Positions 29,620 to 64,000 of a DNA stretch of 64,000 nt are shown here, piece by piece. The notes under the pieces were generated by a model. The model did not search any database. It was not told where the DNA came from and worked only from the letters and a program-made list of their open reading frames with translations. The stretch is from Octopus vulgaris. Its lineage: Eukaryota. Location of the stretch: contig OX597838.1 in assembly GCA_951406725.2 (NCBI GenBank), forward strand, positions 26,412,001 through 26,476,000. Direction: 5' to 3'. A program made the translations under genes and the position numbers. Position 1 is the stretch's first letter. Each line of letters opens with the position of its first letter.

Positions 29620-30050
29620 AACACTCAACATATTTGCTTGGAGTTACTTGTATAGGTTTGCTTCACTCGTGTTCGTCACTGTTTCTCCCTCTTCACGGAG
29701 GCAAGGTTCCTCCACATTCCATTCCACCGTTGGCTCTGACAGTGATAACTGTACAATGCATAAATCCAGCAGCTAGCCTCTCCTCATGTCACTATAAGTA
29801 CACAAAGGGTGATTATTGATGTTGCCTTCGAAGCAGGACAAGTAGCCAGACCTCGTCTGACTGATATACTGCTTTCTCTTCTTGTAGGATTAGCCAAGAA
29901 TATCTCTCCCTTCCACTCTCTTCATCTCCACCTTTTTCCATAGATCTTTACAGTGGTCAATACCAGGAACTCCTTCCTGAAGATCATCAAATCTGTTGGG
30001 TCAGTGATTGCAACCTCTTCTGCTTTCTGATTTCTAGCATAATCAGAAAA
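29620..30050 (-). mobile_element. Heavily decayed RTE-type LINE fragment (post-endonuclease region)
   Basis: RFDDLQEG..KDLWKKVE..DILG*SYKKRKQYISQT resembles the NRFxxL..LGxxxRKxKxWIS region of RTE ORF2. Confidence 0.45.
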
Positions 30051-30703
30051 TTTCAATCATGAGAGAGAAGTGTAATCGATTCTAGAATTCAACTGGGGAT
30101 TTGTTTTATTGCTCACGGAAAGACATGAGGCAAAGTTCACTTTGGAAAGTTTTTAAATTAAAAATCGATCTCATCAAATTTCAGTGAAAAGAATTTGATT
30201 AATAGTTTAAGGCAATCGTTATCAATCGGGGTTCACCTGGCCCTTCGGGGTCTACCTGGCTCTTCGGCGTTCCCCTGACCCCTCGGGGTCCAAAATTTAT
30301 CTGAAATAAAGTGCTTATACTGCTACAATACACAAAATATTTCTTGGGAATTTTTTCATAAAACTCCTAATTTAATGATAAAAATATAAAGGGAGTTTTC
30401 AGACATCGAATGGCTACGGGGGGTTTCTCCCTATCCCACCCCGAGTAAAATAGGAGTCAAAGGGGTCAAGAGGGAAAAAATAAAAAAGCAAGTGGCTGAG
30501 AACCACTGGCTCAAAGCAAAGTCAAGACACACCGACAACGACGTCTTCAGATATAACAAGTTGATTGACATAGCAAAAAAGATTAAAGGCGGCGAACGAG
30601 GTGAATGATTAGCACGCCGAACAAAATGTTTAGCAGCGTTTCTTTCGGCTTTATGTTCCACCAAGATCGACTTAGCTTTCGTTCTTTCGGGTTTTGTGAC
30701 TAC

Positions 30704-31074
30704 AGTTGTTGGCATCCTTTTTGTCTCGGGAGACAATGGAGTTGCGCATAAACTAATCCAGTCTGGTTTTTACATTTCGTGTCCTCTCGAGTTTCCTCTC
30801 CAGTTTTGCGCAGGCCTGGGCTAGATGTAAGAAAATCCTGGGTTGCCCAATCGTCAGGATTCCTCTCTCGACCTTGCTGACGTAGTCCCAAAGGAGTGCA
30901 GAGCATTACGTTTGGCACCAGTTTTCTTGCAGCAGGAGCTGCCGCAAGAGTGTCGAGTCGAACACTAAACCGCCTGCGGGGCTCCACTTCGGATTTCTTT
31001 GAAGGTTGTCTCCTTTCCGTAACCCTGGATAGGGGCCCATACCGGATACTGTCAGCCAGAGCCATTAAGACCAA
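30704..31074 (-). mobile_element. Non-autonomous element, probably bipartite RTE-derived (5' UTR joined to 3' end)
   Basis: GC-rich island; the minus-strand end CCATTGTCTCCCGAGAC..GGATGCCAACAAC resembles RTE 3' termini (from recall). Confidence 0.45.
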
Positions 31075-31889
31075 AAAGAAAAAAAAATCTAAGGAAAAGA
31101 ACTTTTGGCAAGAGTTATTTCCCTTGCATAATTTTTTTTCCTTACCTAATAAAATATGGCACAATTTTTGGGTTCAGTTTTACATTGATTACTGCTATTC
31201 ACTAAAGCGTAAGCACCGCTAATTAACAGTTTTAGCATTACTAATTAGCACAGTATTAGTATTGCCAGTGAGTTTATTGTTTCAGCTATGATAATCACGT
31301 TTCTTAATCTTGCACACATGCAGTGTCACTCCTCGCTACTGACCAATAGAATATTCTACCTTGGTGTCTTTGATGACCCAATGCTGTTTGCCCGAAAGAA
31401 TAAAGGCAAAGTCGACCTCAGCGGAACTTGAACTCAGAACGTAACAGCAGACAAAATACAGCTACGCATTTCGCCCGGCGTGCTAACGACTCTCCCAATA
31501 ATAATAATCCTGTCTACTATAGACATAGGGGCTGAACTTTTGCAGTAATGGTAAATCAATTACATCGACCCCATTGCTCAACTGATATTTATTTCAGTGA
31601 CCCTGCAAGAATGAAAGGCAAAGGCTAACAGCAGAGGCATTTGAACTTGGACTGTAAATCTAGAAGAAATGCCACTATGCATTTTGTCCTGAATGTTACC
31701 AATTCGACCAGCTCACCACCTCAATAATAGTCATTTCAAAATATTGGCACAAGGCTGGTCATTGAGGCAATTATGTTGACTCCAATACTTGGCTGGTATT
31801 TTCTTTTATCAATCCTGAAGGAAGAACAGCTAAGTTGGCTTCATCAGAATTCAAACTCAAAACATAAAGAGTTGGAACAGATACCACTA

Positions 31890-32250
31890 AGCATTTTACC
31901 TGCCATGAAAACAGCTCCTGCAGAAGGGGGTTAAGTTGATTACAGCTAAGCATGGCATGATAGCAGCTCCTTCAGAAGGGGGTAAGCTGTTTACAGCTAA
32001 GCATGGCATGATAACAGCTCCTGGAGAAGGGGGTTAAGTTGATTACAGCTAAGCATAGCATGATAACAGCTCCTGGAGAAGGGGGTTAGTTGATTACTGC
32101 TAAGCATGGCATGATAGCAGCTCCTTGAGAAGGGGGTAAGCTGTTTACAGCTAAGCATGGCATGATAACAGCTCCTTGAGAAGGGGGTTAAGTTGATTAC
32201 AGCTAAGCATAGCATAATAACAGCTCCTACAGAAGGGGGTTAGTTGATTA
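31890..32250. repeat. 51-52-bp minisatellite, about 6.5 units, at a SINE B junction
   Basis: CAGCTCCT at 31912, 31964, 32015, 32067, 32118, 32169, 32221. Confidence 0.92.
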
Positions 32251-32609
32251 CATCGACCCCAGTGATCAACTGGTACTTATTTTATCGACTTTAAAAAGAT
32301 GAAAGGCAATGTCTGCCTTGGCAGAATTTGAACTCAGAACATAAAAACAAATGAAATGTTGCTAACCATTTTGCCCAGCATGCTAACAGTTCTACCAACT
32401 CGTCACTTGGTATAATAATAATACTTTCTAATTCTGGCACAAGGCCAGCAATTTTGAAGGGAGGGAGTCAGCGGATAACAGCAACCCTAGTGTTCAACTG
32501 ATAGCTTGTAAAAACCTTGGCAGGATTTGAACCTAGAAAGTAAAGGGGTACAATGAAATAGAGGAAGGCATTTTTGTCCAATGCTCCATCGAATCTGTCA
32601 ATCTTCCCA

Positions 32610-32909
32610 CCCCCGCGAGGGGGACGGCAGCCGGACGCGAAGGAGAGCGGCGACAACGGCAAGGCCGGGCCGCGCGCGGAGCTACCGACGACGGCTTCGG
32701 CACCGCCGTGCTACCGGAAAAGCACTAATCGACGACTAGTTAGCAGGCCGGAGTCTCGTTCGTTATCGGAATCAACCAGATGGATCGCTCCACTAACTAA
32801 GAACGGCCATGCACCACCACCCACCGAATCGAGAAAGAGCTATCGATCTGTCAATCCTACCGGTATCCAGACCGGGTGAGTTTTCCCGTGTTGAGTCAAA
32901 TTAAGCCGC

Positions 32910-32955
<46 letters not shown>

Positions 32956-32975
32956 TGTTTTGCAACCATACTCCC
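32610..32975 (-). pseudogene. 18S rRNA gene fragment (conserved central part plus GC-rich V7 expansion), orphan rDNA insertion
   Basis: Minus strand reads GAAACTTAAAGGAATTGACGGAAGGGCACCACCAGGAGTGGAGCCTGCGGCTTAATTTGACTCAACACGGG...GGTGGTGCATGGCCGTTCTTAGTT...CCGATAACGAACGAGAC; only about 365 nt, with non-rDNA flanks. Confidence 0.93.
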
Positions 32976-33072
32976 TGAAACCCTGATGCCAACAATTCAA
33001 CAAACCTTGAAAGTAATAAAGGAATGAACCAACAAAGGGAAGAATAAGAAAGAAAAGAAATTTTCAATATAT

Positions 33073-33078
33073 TTTATT
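33073..33078 (-). terminator. Probable PSMC2 polyadenylation signal AATAAA
   Basis: Plus-strand TTTATT about 145 nt past the stop, followed on the minus strand by a U-rich tract. Confidence 0.6.
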
Positions 33079-33221
33079 CAGCAAAAATTGATGTGAAGGA
33101 GTTTTGACATAAGAAAACAGTTTTAAAAAAAACATTTAAGCTTAAAATATATTAATCTAGATATATAGAGAAAGAGAGAGGGAGAGGCTAAGAATGAGAG
33201 AGATATAACCATGATAGATCT

Positions 33222-56856
<23,635 letters not shown>

Positions 56857-56944
56857 GCTTGTTGGTTTTCTTTTTTTAAAAAAAATAGCAAAACTCCTTC
56901 GGTAAGACAAAAATTAATTTAGGGACAAGCAACTGACTACAAAA

Positions 56945-56952
56945 TATCGATA
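56945..56952. promoter_or_regulatory. DRE-like palindrome TATCGATA in the PSMC2 promoter region
   Basis: Exact DREF-type housekeeping promoter octamer, 89 nt upstream of the ATG, in a CpG-containing unique stretch. Confidence 0.45.
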
Positions 56953-57341
56953 GCGACGAACGAAGGATGGTTTGACCGAAGAGCTCCACCGGGAGATAGT
57001 TGTCTACCCTTGACTACACATTCTCTCTCTATTGCTATCTATTTATTCTCTCTCTCTCTCTTTCATTTTCTGTCTAGTTATAACTTTCTCTCTATTTATT
57101 TACCTCTTTCATTTTCTGTCTAGTTATCTCTTTCTCTCTCTCTATTTATTTATTTATCTATCTATCTCTATTTATTTATCTCTCTCTCTATTTATCTCTC
57201 TCTCTCTTTCATTTTCTGTCTCCCTGCCTTATGTTTATTCTCTTTTGCTGCCTGTTAATCTCTCTCTCTCTCTCTCTTCCCTCAAGTTGTATCTATCTCT
57301 GGCTTTCTTCCTAGTTATCTCTCTCTCTCTTTATCTTTGCA

Positions 57342-58410
57342 GGGAGCTCCTCTATGCTGTTGACCTGGCCCTCATAGCAGAATCACTACCAGAACTAGAG
57401 AAGAAATTTCAGGTGTGGAATAAATGTTTTGAATCAAAAGGCCTTAGAGTCAATGTTGCAAAGACCAAAGTTCTTGTAAGGAGGAAGGTGAACACATCAC
57501 ACACCCCTTCAGGTAGGTGACCCTGCTCGATCTGTAGTAAAGGTGTAGGTAGAAACTCCATGAGATGTACCCAGCGTAAGCTATGGACACATAAAAGGTG
57601 CAGCAACATCAAAGGAAGATTAACCGGGAACATAGCTTTTGTGTGCGGCAGATGCACAGGGGCAATAAACACCACAGATGCTCAGAAAACAGATTCCATC
57701 ACATGCCAGGGAGAGAAACTAGAAATAGTTGATAGCTTCCACTACCTAGGTGACCAAGTCTGGGCAAAGTTCAGAAATCTTCTACTCCTACTTGTGACAA
57801 AAGGCCTCTTGCTCAGAATGAAAAGTAGATTGTACAATGCATGTGTGTGAACTGCCATGCTACACATCAGTGAAACATGTGCCGTGACTGCTGAAGACAT
57901 GTATAAGCTTGAAAGAAATGAAGCTAGCATGATCCACTGGATGTGTAATGTCAGTGTGCACACACGACAGAGTGTAAGCACCCTGAGAGAAATGTTGGAC
58001 ATAAGAAGCATCAAATGTACCGTGCAAGAGAGACGTTTGTGTTGGTATGGTCATGTACTACGGATGGATGAGGAGAGCTGTGTGAAGAAGTGCCACTCCC
58101 AAACAGTGGAAGGAATCTGGGGTAGAGGGAGACCCAGGAAGACATGGGATGAGGCGGTGAAGCATGACCTTCGAATGTTGGGCCCCACAGAGGCAATGAC
58201 TAAAGTTCGTGACCTCTCGAGATATACTGTGACTGAGAAGACCCGGCTAATAAAGTGAGATCACAGTTGTAACCTACACCAATGTTGCATAACCAGCCCC
58301 CTCAAAAAGTACCTTGGATCGTAGGGCGACATTCTGTGCTTGACGAGACCTATGGAGTTAAGTACATCAACATCAAAATCAAATCAAACCACAATCAAAT
58401 GGAAATTGTA
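57342..58410 (+). mobile_element. 5'-truncated RTE LINE (RT C-half, Cys-rich PHD-like insert, start of 3' UTR)
   Basis: ELLYAVDLALIAES (YADD relic), KGLRVNVAKTKVL, PCSICSKGVGRNSMRC..WTHKRC..CGRC, RRLCWYGHVLRM, GRGRPRKTW; stops and frameshifts. Confidence 0.92.
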
Positions 58411-58806
58411 GTGGATTTGGTAGACGGAAATTGAAAGAAGCCTCTCTGTGTGTCTGTGTGTGTCCCCACCACAGCTTGAAACTGGTGTTAGTATATTTAA
58501 CTGTAACCTAGCAGTTTGGCAAAAGAGACCAATAGAATAAGTACCAGGCTTTTAAAAAAAAAAGGAAGTACTGGGGTCGATACATTCAATTAAAGATTCT
58601 TCAAGGTAGTGCCCCAGCTTGGCCGCAGCCTAATGACTGAGAAATAGATTCTTCAAAAAGATGGAATGTTTCCAATTGGAATGTCTTTTCAATGCAGACT
58701 CCACCCTTTTCTTCAAATGAATGGTAAACATCTCTACTTCACATGTACCATTGGTTGCCTTGGAAACTGACTGAATATCATACATCCTAATTATCTCCCC
58801 TAAAAG

Positions 58807-59070
58807 TGCCGCCTCAACTGGCTTCCATGCAGGTGGCATGTAAAATGCACCAATCCGACCGTGGCCGATGCCAGCCTTGCCTGGCACCAGTGCAGGTGGC
58901 ACGTAAAAAGCACCCACTACACTCATGGAGTGGTTGGCATTAGGAAGGGCATCCAGATAAGAAACATTGCCAGATAAGACTGGAGCCTGGTGCAGCCTTC
59001 TGGCTTCCCAGATCCCCGGTCGAACCGTCCAACCCATGCTAGCATGGAGAACGGACCTTAAACGATGATG
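58807..59070 (+). mobile_element. (GAT)n-tailed RTE 3' UTR fragment flanked by 90-bp direct repeats
   Basis: Same tail family as about 35200-35528, 53350-53860 and 61357-61600(-); the family shares 3' UTR sequence with the RTE at 57342. Confidence 0.85.
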
Positions 59071-59409
59071 ATGAATGGTAAACATTTCTACTTCACATGT
59101 ACCATTGGTTGCCTTGGAAACTGACTGAATATCATACATCCTAATTATCTCCCCTAAAAGGGTTCTTTTGATCTTTTAGCTATCACCCTTCTACTCTTCA
59201 TTTAATTACTCTTGCTGTATCTCACCTTCCAGATTTTAAACTATAATCAGTTCCTCTCTAGAACAACGACTTTCTGCAATTCTCCTGTATAAACATTGGC
59301 CACATCTTTTTCCATTAGGACTAGCAGATTTTTCCCTCCTTCGGTCTATTCTTACTTCTTTACTGTCCGCAAGGGGCTATATACAGAGGGGACAAACAAG
59401 GACAGACAA

Positions 59410-60195
59410 ATGCGGCAGACACGTTAGCGCACCGGCGAGCTGGCAGAATCGTTAGCACGCTGGGCAAAATGCGTAGCCGTATTTCGTCTGTCGTTACGTT
59501 GTGAGTTCAAATTCCGCCGAGGTCGACTTTGCCTTTCATCCTTTCGGGGTCGATAAATTAAGTACCAGTTACGCACTGGAGTTGATGTAATCGACTTAAT
59601 ACCTATGTCTGTCCTAGTTTGTCCCCTCTGTGTTTAGCCCCTTGTGGGTAATAAAGAAATAGGTATTTCGTCTGTCATTACATTCTGAGTTCAAATTCCG
59701 CCGAGGTCAACTTTGCCTTTCATCCTTTCGGGGGTCGATAAATAAAGTACCAGTTTCGCACTGGGGGCGATATAATCGACTCAATTTCTTCGTCTGTCCT
59801 TGTTTGTCCCCTCTCTGTTTAGCCCCTTGTGGGCAGTAAAGAAATATATATATATCAACCCCAGTGCATAACTAGTACTTAATTTTATCGACCCCGAAAT
59901 GATGAAAGGCAAAGTTGACCTCGGCGGAATTTGAACTCAGAACATAGCTGCAGACGAAATACCTATTTCTTTACTACCCACAAGGGGCTAAACACAGATA
60001 GGATGAACAAGGACAGACAAACGGATTAAGTCAATCATTTCGACCCCAGTGCGTAACTGTACTTATTTAATCGACCCCGAAAGAATGAAAGGCAAAGTTG
60101 ACCTCGGCGGAATTTGAACTCAGAACATAACGGCAGACGAAATACCGCTAAGCATTTCACCTGGCGTGCTAATGTTTCTGCCAGCTCACCGCCTT
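59410..60195. mobile_element. Convergent SINE B dimers, 59410-59845(+) and 59855-60195(-), forming a large imperfect palindrome
   Basis: Same family on opposite strands, separated by a short (TA)n. Confidence 0.8.
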
Positions 60196-62969
60196 CAGTC
60201 CATTCTTGGCAATCTGAAGTTCCTCCAAATCAAAAAGTCCAGTTCTAAACATGAGATTGTTGGAAACAGTCAAATCTCTACATCTTCATTGCTTACAAGG
60301 GGTGACTTTCTGAGCAACTGACCGAAGTGTTAATACCACTTTTGAACACACTCCTCCCTGCCATTTCCATGGATGATGCCAACTCGCTGTTTTACTTCAA
60401 GACAGAGATGGACCAAGAAGTGTAGTGGATGGAATTCGTTGCTGTGACCCAGGTTGGAACATGGCCATACAAAAAAAAAATTAAAAAATAAGACATCTCT
60501 TACACCAATTTGGGAGGATTTTCCTAGGATCATTAGCACTGCTACCCAAGAATTTTGTGGTTACCTACACAAATCTTATGGAACATATTAATACTTTGCC
60601 TGTCCAAAGTATTTTCATACATTTGTCCTAAGCATCCGTATTTGTTTTCAGACTTTTTAGTTGACCCTTGTTTCATACATTCATACATTACAGGAGCACT
60701 CTGTCGGTTACGACGATGAGGGTCCCAGCTGATACGATCAACAGAACAGCTTGCTCGTGGAATTAACGTGCAAGTGGCTGAGCATTCCACAGACACGTGT
60801 ACCCTTAACGTAGTTCTCAGGGAGATTCAGCATGACACAGAGTGTGTCAAAGCTGATCCCTTTGAAATACCGGTACAACAGAAACAGGAAGAAAGAGTGA
60901 GAGAAAGTTGTGGTGAAAGAGTACAGCAGGGTTCACCACCACCCCCTGCAGGAGCCTTGTGAAGCTTTAGGTGTTTTCGCTTAATAAACACTCACAATGC
61001 CCGGTCTGGGAATCGAAACCGCGATCCTACGACCGCGAGTCCGCTGCCCTAACCACTGGGCCATTGCGCCTCCACTACATTCATACATAATATAAATCTT
61101 TCCTTTCATATGTCTCAAGTTACTCTGGTGATTGAAGAAGAACAGGGAACGTTTATCATATATCATACACGGACTCCAGGGTAGTGTGTCTTGTGTATCA
61201 CATGTAATACATGTGTAGTGGCTAGAGTCACCAATTGTAGCAGCTGATATGATGTAACCCGACTACCAAATGTAGAACACTTGAAGGTTCTCATGTCAGA
61301 GTAACCAGTGAAGAACATGGAAGAATCAACATCAAGAAGGAAGAAATAATATATATCATCATCATCATCGTTTAACGTCCGTTCTCCATGCTAGCATGAG
61401 TTGGACGGTTCGACCGGGGATCTGGGAAGCCAGAAGGCTGCACCAGGCTCCAGTCTGATCTGGCAATGTTTCTACGGCTGGATGCCCTTCCTAACGCCAA
61501 CCACTCCGTGAGTGTAGTGGGTGCTTTTTACGTGCCACCTGCACTGGTGCCAGGCGAGGCTGGCAACGGCCACGATCGGATTGGTGCTTTTTACGTGCCC
61601 TATTCATTTGCCTGACAAGTAGTTAGAGAGACAGCAGTTATTGTAGTGGCAGTGACAACAAGGCTGGCTTGCTGGTTGATAGTTGATAGTGTGGAAGTTG
61701 CTGTGAGCCAATAGAAAGTGAAAGCATAAGGAATGTACAGTGCTGACTGGAGAAGAAGAAAGGATAAAGTTAGCATTATCTTTCTTGCAGCCGAAAGCTT
61801 CCATTCATATGTCTAGTGAAATACGAAGGGAAGTGTTGCTCCTTGGTCGTGGTTGATGCCAAAAAAGAGGAAGGGATAGGAAATGCTCTCTGTTATATAG
61901 ACTATGGTCAGTTATGTAGGTCAAACCTTAAACAAAGGCCTGACTTTTCCTTCCCCAGCACAGGTCCTTGGAGGGTCAGGTGTTTCCCATCAATCATCTG
62001 GTATGGAGATGCAAATGAAGGATTTCAAGTCAGTTGCCAGGCGTCTGAGCTTCAATGTATCCATGCCCAGGAATGCAAGACGTTCAGAGTATGGTAGATG
62101 TCTGACTGTGGGTATTCACTTTGTTGCACATTTCTGAACAGTTTCCAGGAGATTTATATGCTGAGCAAGAGAGGGGTTCCAGGCTGGTGATGCAAATTCC
62201 AAGTGTGGACACACCATTGTCGTATACAATTTTAAATAGATAGCTGGAGAGTAGCTGAAAAAGGTCTTACTGAGTGATGCTAGCACCCCCTCAGCCTTTA
62301 TGACAATCTTAGATATGTGGTTTGTCCAATGCAGATTGTTGTTTACAATAATACCCAGATCATGTCTGTTAAGTGGGTAGATTTGGTTTCAAATTTCAAG
62401 CAGAGCCAAGCAAGAAGAGACAAAGGATTAAGACAGCTGCCAAAGAAAAGAGAAAGAGTGAAACATGTTAGTTCTGTGACAGTTGCCAAGAGAAGAAAAT
62501 GTTCATCTACAAGGGATTCATATTTATATTTGTCCCACAACTGAAGTGGGTCAGAATAACAATGGAAATGAATGGGTTTATATCTGGGTTGAACTGGCTT
62601 TCAACTAAGATGTGGGTGAATTTGACAGACGACACATATAAGATCTGAGTATAATGGAAAGTGGCAGGAAGAAGGAATCAGTTTGAGGTTTCAATGCCTG
62701 ATCGAAAATAATACAGTCTCTTTTTGCTACAGCCAAACACCCTCCCACACACACACATGTTGTCATCGTCATCATTATCAAGGCTAAGAATACCAGCAGA
62801 CCATTTACTGATGGGGTGACTCAATACTGAATGTAGAGTTAAATTCACTGTTAAGTTTGGGCTTTACAATATGTTTGTGTGTGTGTGTATTATATTATAA
62901 TGGAGGAGGTCAGTTTATGGGGTTTCCCTGGGTTTCTTGCTCATAAGTCCAGCAGTGTTTGGAATCTGA

Positions 62970-63630
62970 TTGGGAAAAATCCAGCCTTTACATACTCCCT
63001 CAACAACACCAATCTCAAGAAGTCTTCTAGTGGACATGATCTGGGTATTATTGTAAACAACAATCTGCATTGGACAAACCACATATCTAAGATTGTCAAA
63101 AAGGCTGAGGGGGTGCTAGCATCACTCAGTAAGACCTTTGTCAGCCACTCTCCAGCTATCTATTTAAAATTGTATACGACAATGGTATGTCCACACTTGG
63201 AATTTGCATCACCAGCCTAGAACCCCTCTCTTGCTCAGCATATAAATCTCCTGGAAACTGTTCAGAAATGTGCAACAAAGTGAATACCCACAGTTAGACA
63301 TCTACCATACTCTGAACGTCTTGCATTCCTGGGCATGGATACATTGAAGCTCAGACGTCTGGCAACTGACTTGATTGACACCCACAAGATTATCCACCAT
63401 ATTTCCAACAACAACCTTGGGTACCTTTTTGAATTCCATATGACAAACACTCACGGACATGCTTATAAAATCAAAAAACATCACAGCTCCCATGACTTTC
63501 GGAAACAATTTTTCATGCTCAGAATTGCAGAAGCATGGAATAAACCACCCGCATCAGTTGTTAGCTGTCGAGACACTACATCCTTCAAAACTTCCATGTG
63601 TCCTGAAATCCACCAACAGTACACCTGATG
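62970..63630 (+). mobile_element. CR1-clade LINE 3' portion; inverted copy at 62025-62366
   Basis: DLGIIVNNNLHWTNHI..LYTTMVCPHLEFASPA..YSERLAFLGMDTLKLRRL..THGHAYKI..WNKPP. Confidence 0.9.
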
Positions 63631-64000
63631 GCCATTTTTTTCTTTTTAGTTGTAGTGCACCTGAGTACTGTATACAACAATTTCCTTCATCATTATATAT
63701 GTGTGTGTGTTGACTTTCTGTGCAACATTTTATGGCTGTTACTCAATATAATGTCACACACCCACTTCTGTTCCCACTCAGTGGTACCCTACACAGTGTT
63801 CAATATCTGGTGCAAAACTGTCTCTCTTTTCTATCTATTTCTCTGTCCTTCTCCTCTCCCCTCTATCTACCTGCTGCTTTTCTCTCTTTACTGCCTTCCA
63901 TTTCTTCCTCTGTCTTTATTCCCTTATTTCTCCGCACTCTCTCTTTTTTCCTACTTGCTCTTTCCTAACCTTCTCTACTCTCTTTCTTCATTTTTTTGGT

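Noticed and set aside
31010-31074. Possible HDV-like ribozyme at the 5' end of the RTE-derived element
   Set aside because: A P1-like pairing (GGCTCTG/CAGGGTT) exists, but P3, P1.1 and J4/2 could not be fitted.
32610-32975. Functional rRNA gene or rDNA unit
   Set aside because: Only about 365 nt, with no ETS, ITS or 28S; treated as a pseudogene fragment.
57032-58258. Host zinc-finger gene upstream of PSMC2
   Set aside because: The Cys-rich segment lies within an RTE reverse transcriptase relic that has stops and frameshifts.

Overview
Eukaryotic, AT-rich, microsatellite- and retroelement-dense DNA. The SINE families, (TA)n/(CATA)n/(GATA)n load and GC-expanded 18S V7 suggest a coleoid cephalopod, probably Octopus (inference, no search run). 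The only recognisable protein-coding gene is a complete 12-exon PSMC2/Rpt1 (26S proteasome AAA-ATPase subunit 7) on the minus strand, 56856->33222, 1305 nt/434 aa, all introns GT-AG, with several substitutions at normally invariant sites. Nearby are a DRE-type promoter motif, a consensus ARE in intron 1, and an orphan 18S rRNA fragment about 100 nt past the polyA signal. The rest is repeats: tRNA-derived SINEs, RTE/BovB, CR1, R4/Dong-like and Tx1/L1-like LINE fragments, mariner, hAT MITEs, minisatellites, and Penelope-like relics with inverted repeats and minimal hammerhead-ribozyme motifs. Most ORFs in the track are microsatellite artefacts. No CRISPR or prokaryotic-type system is present.
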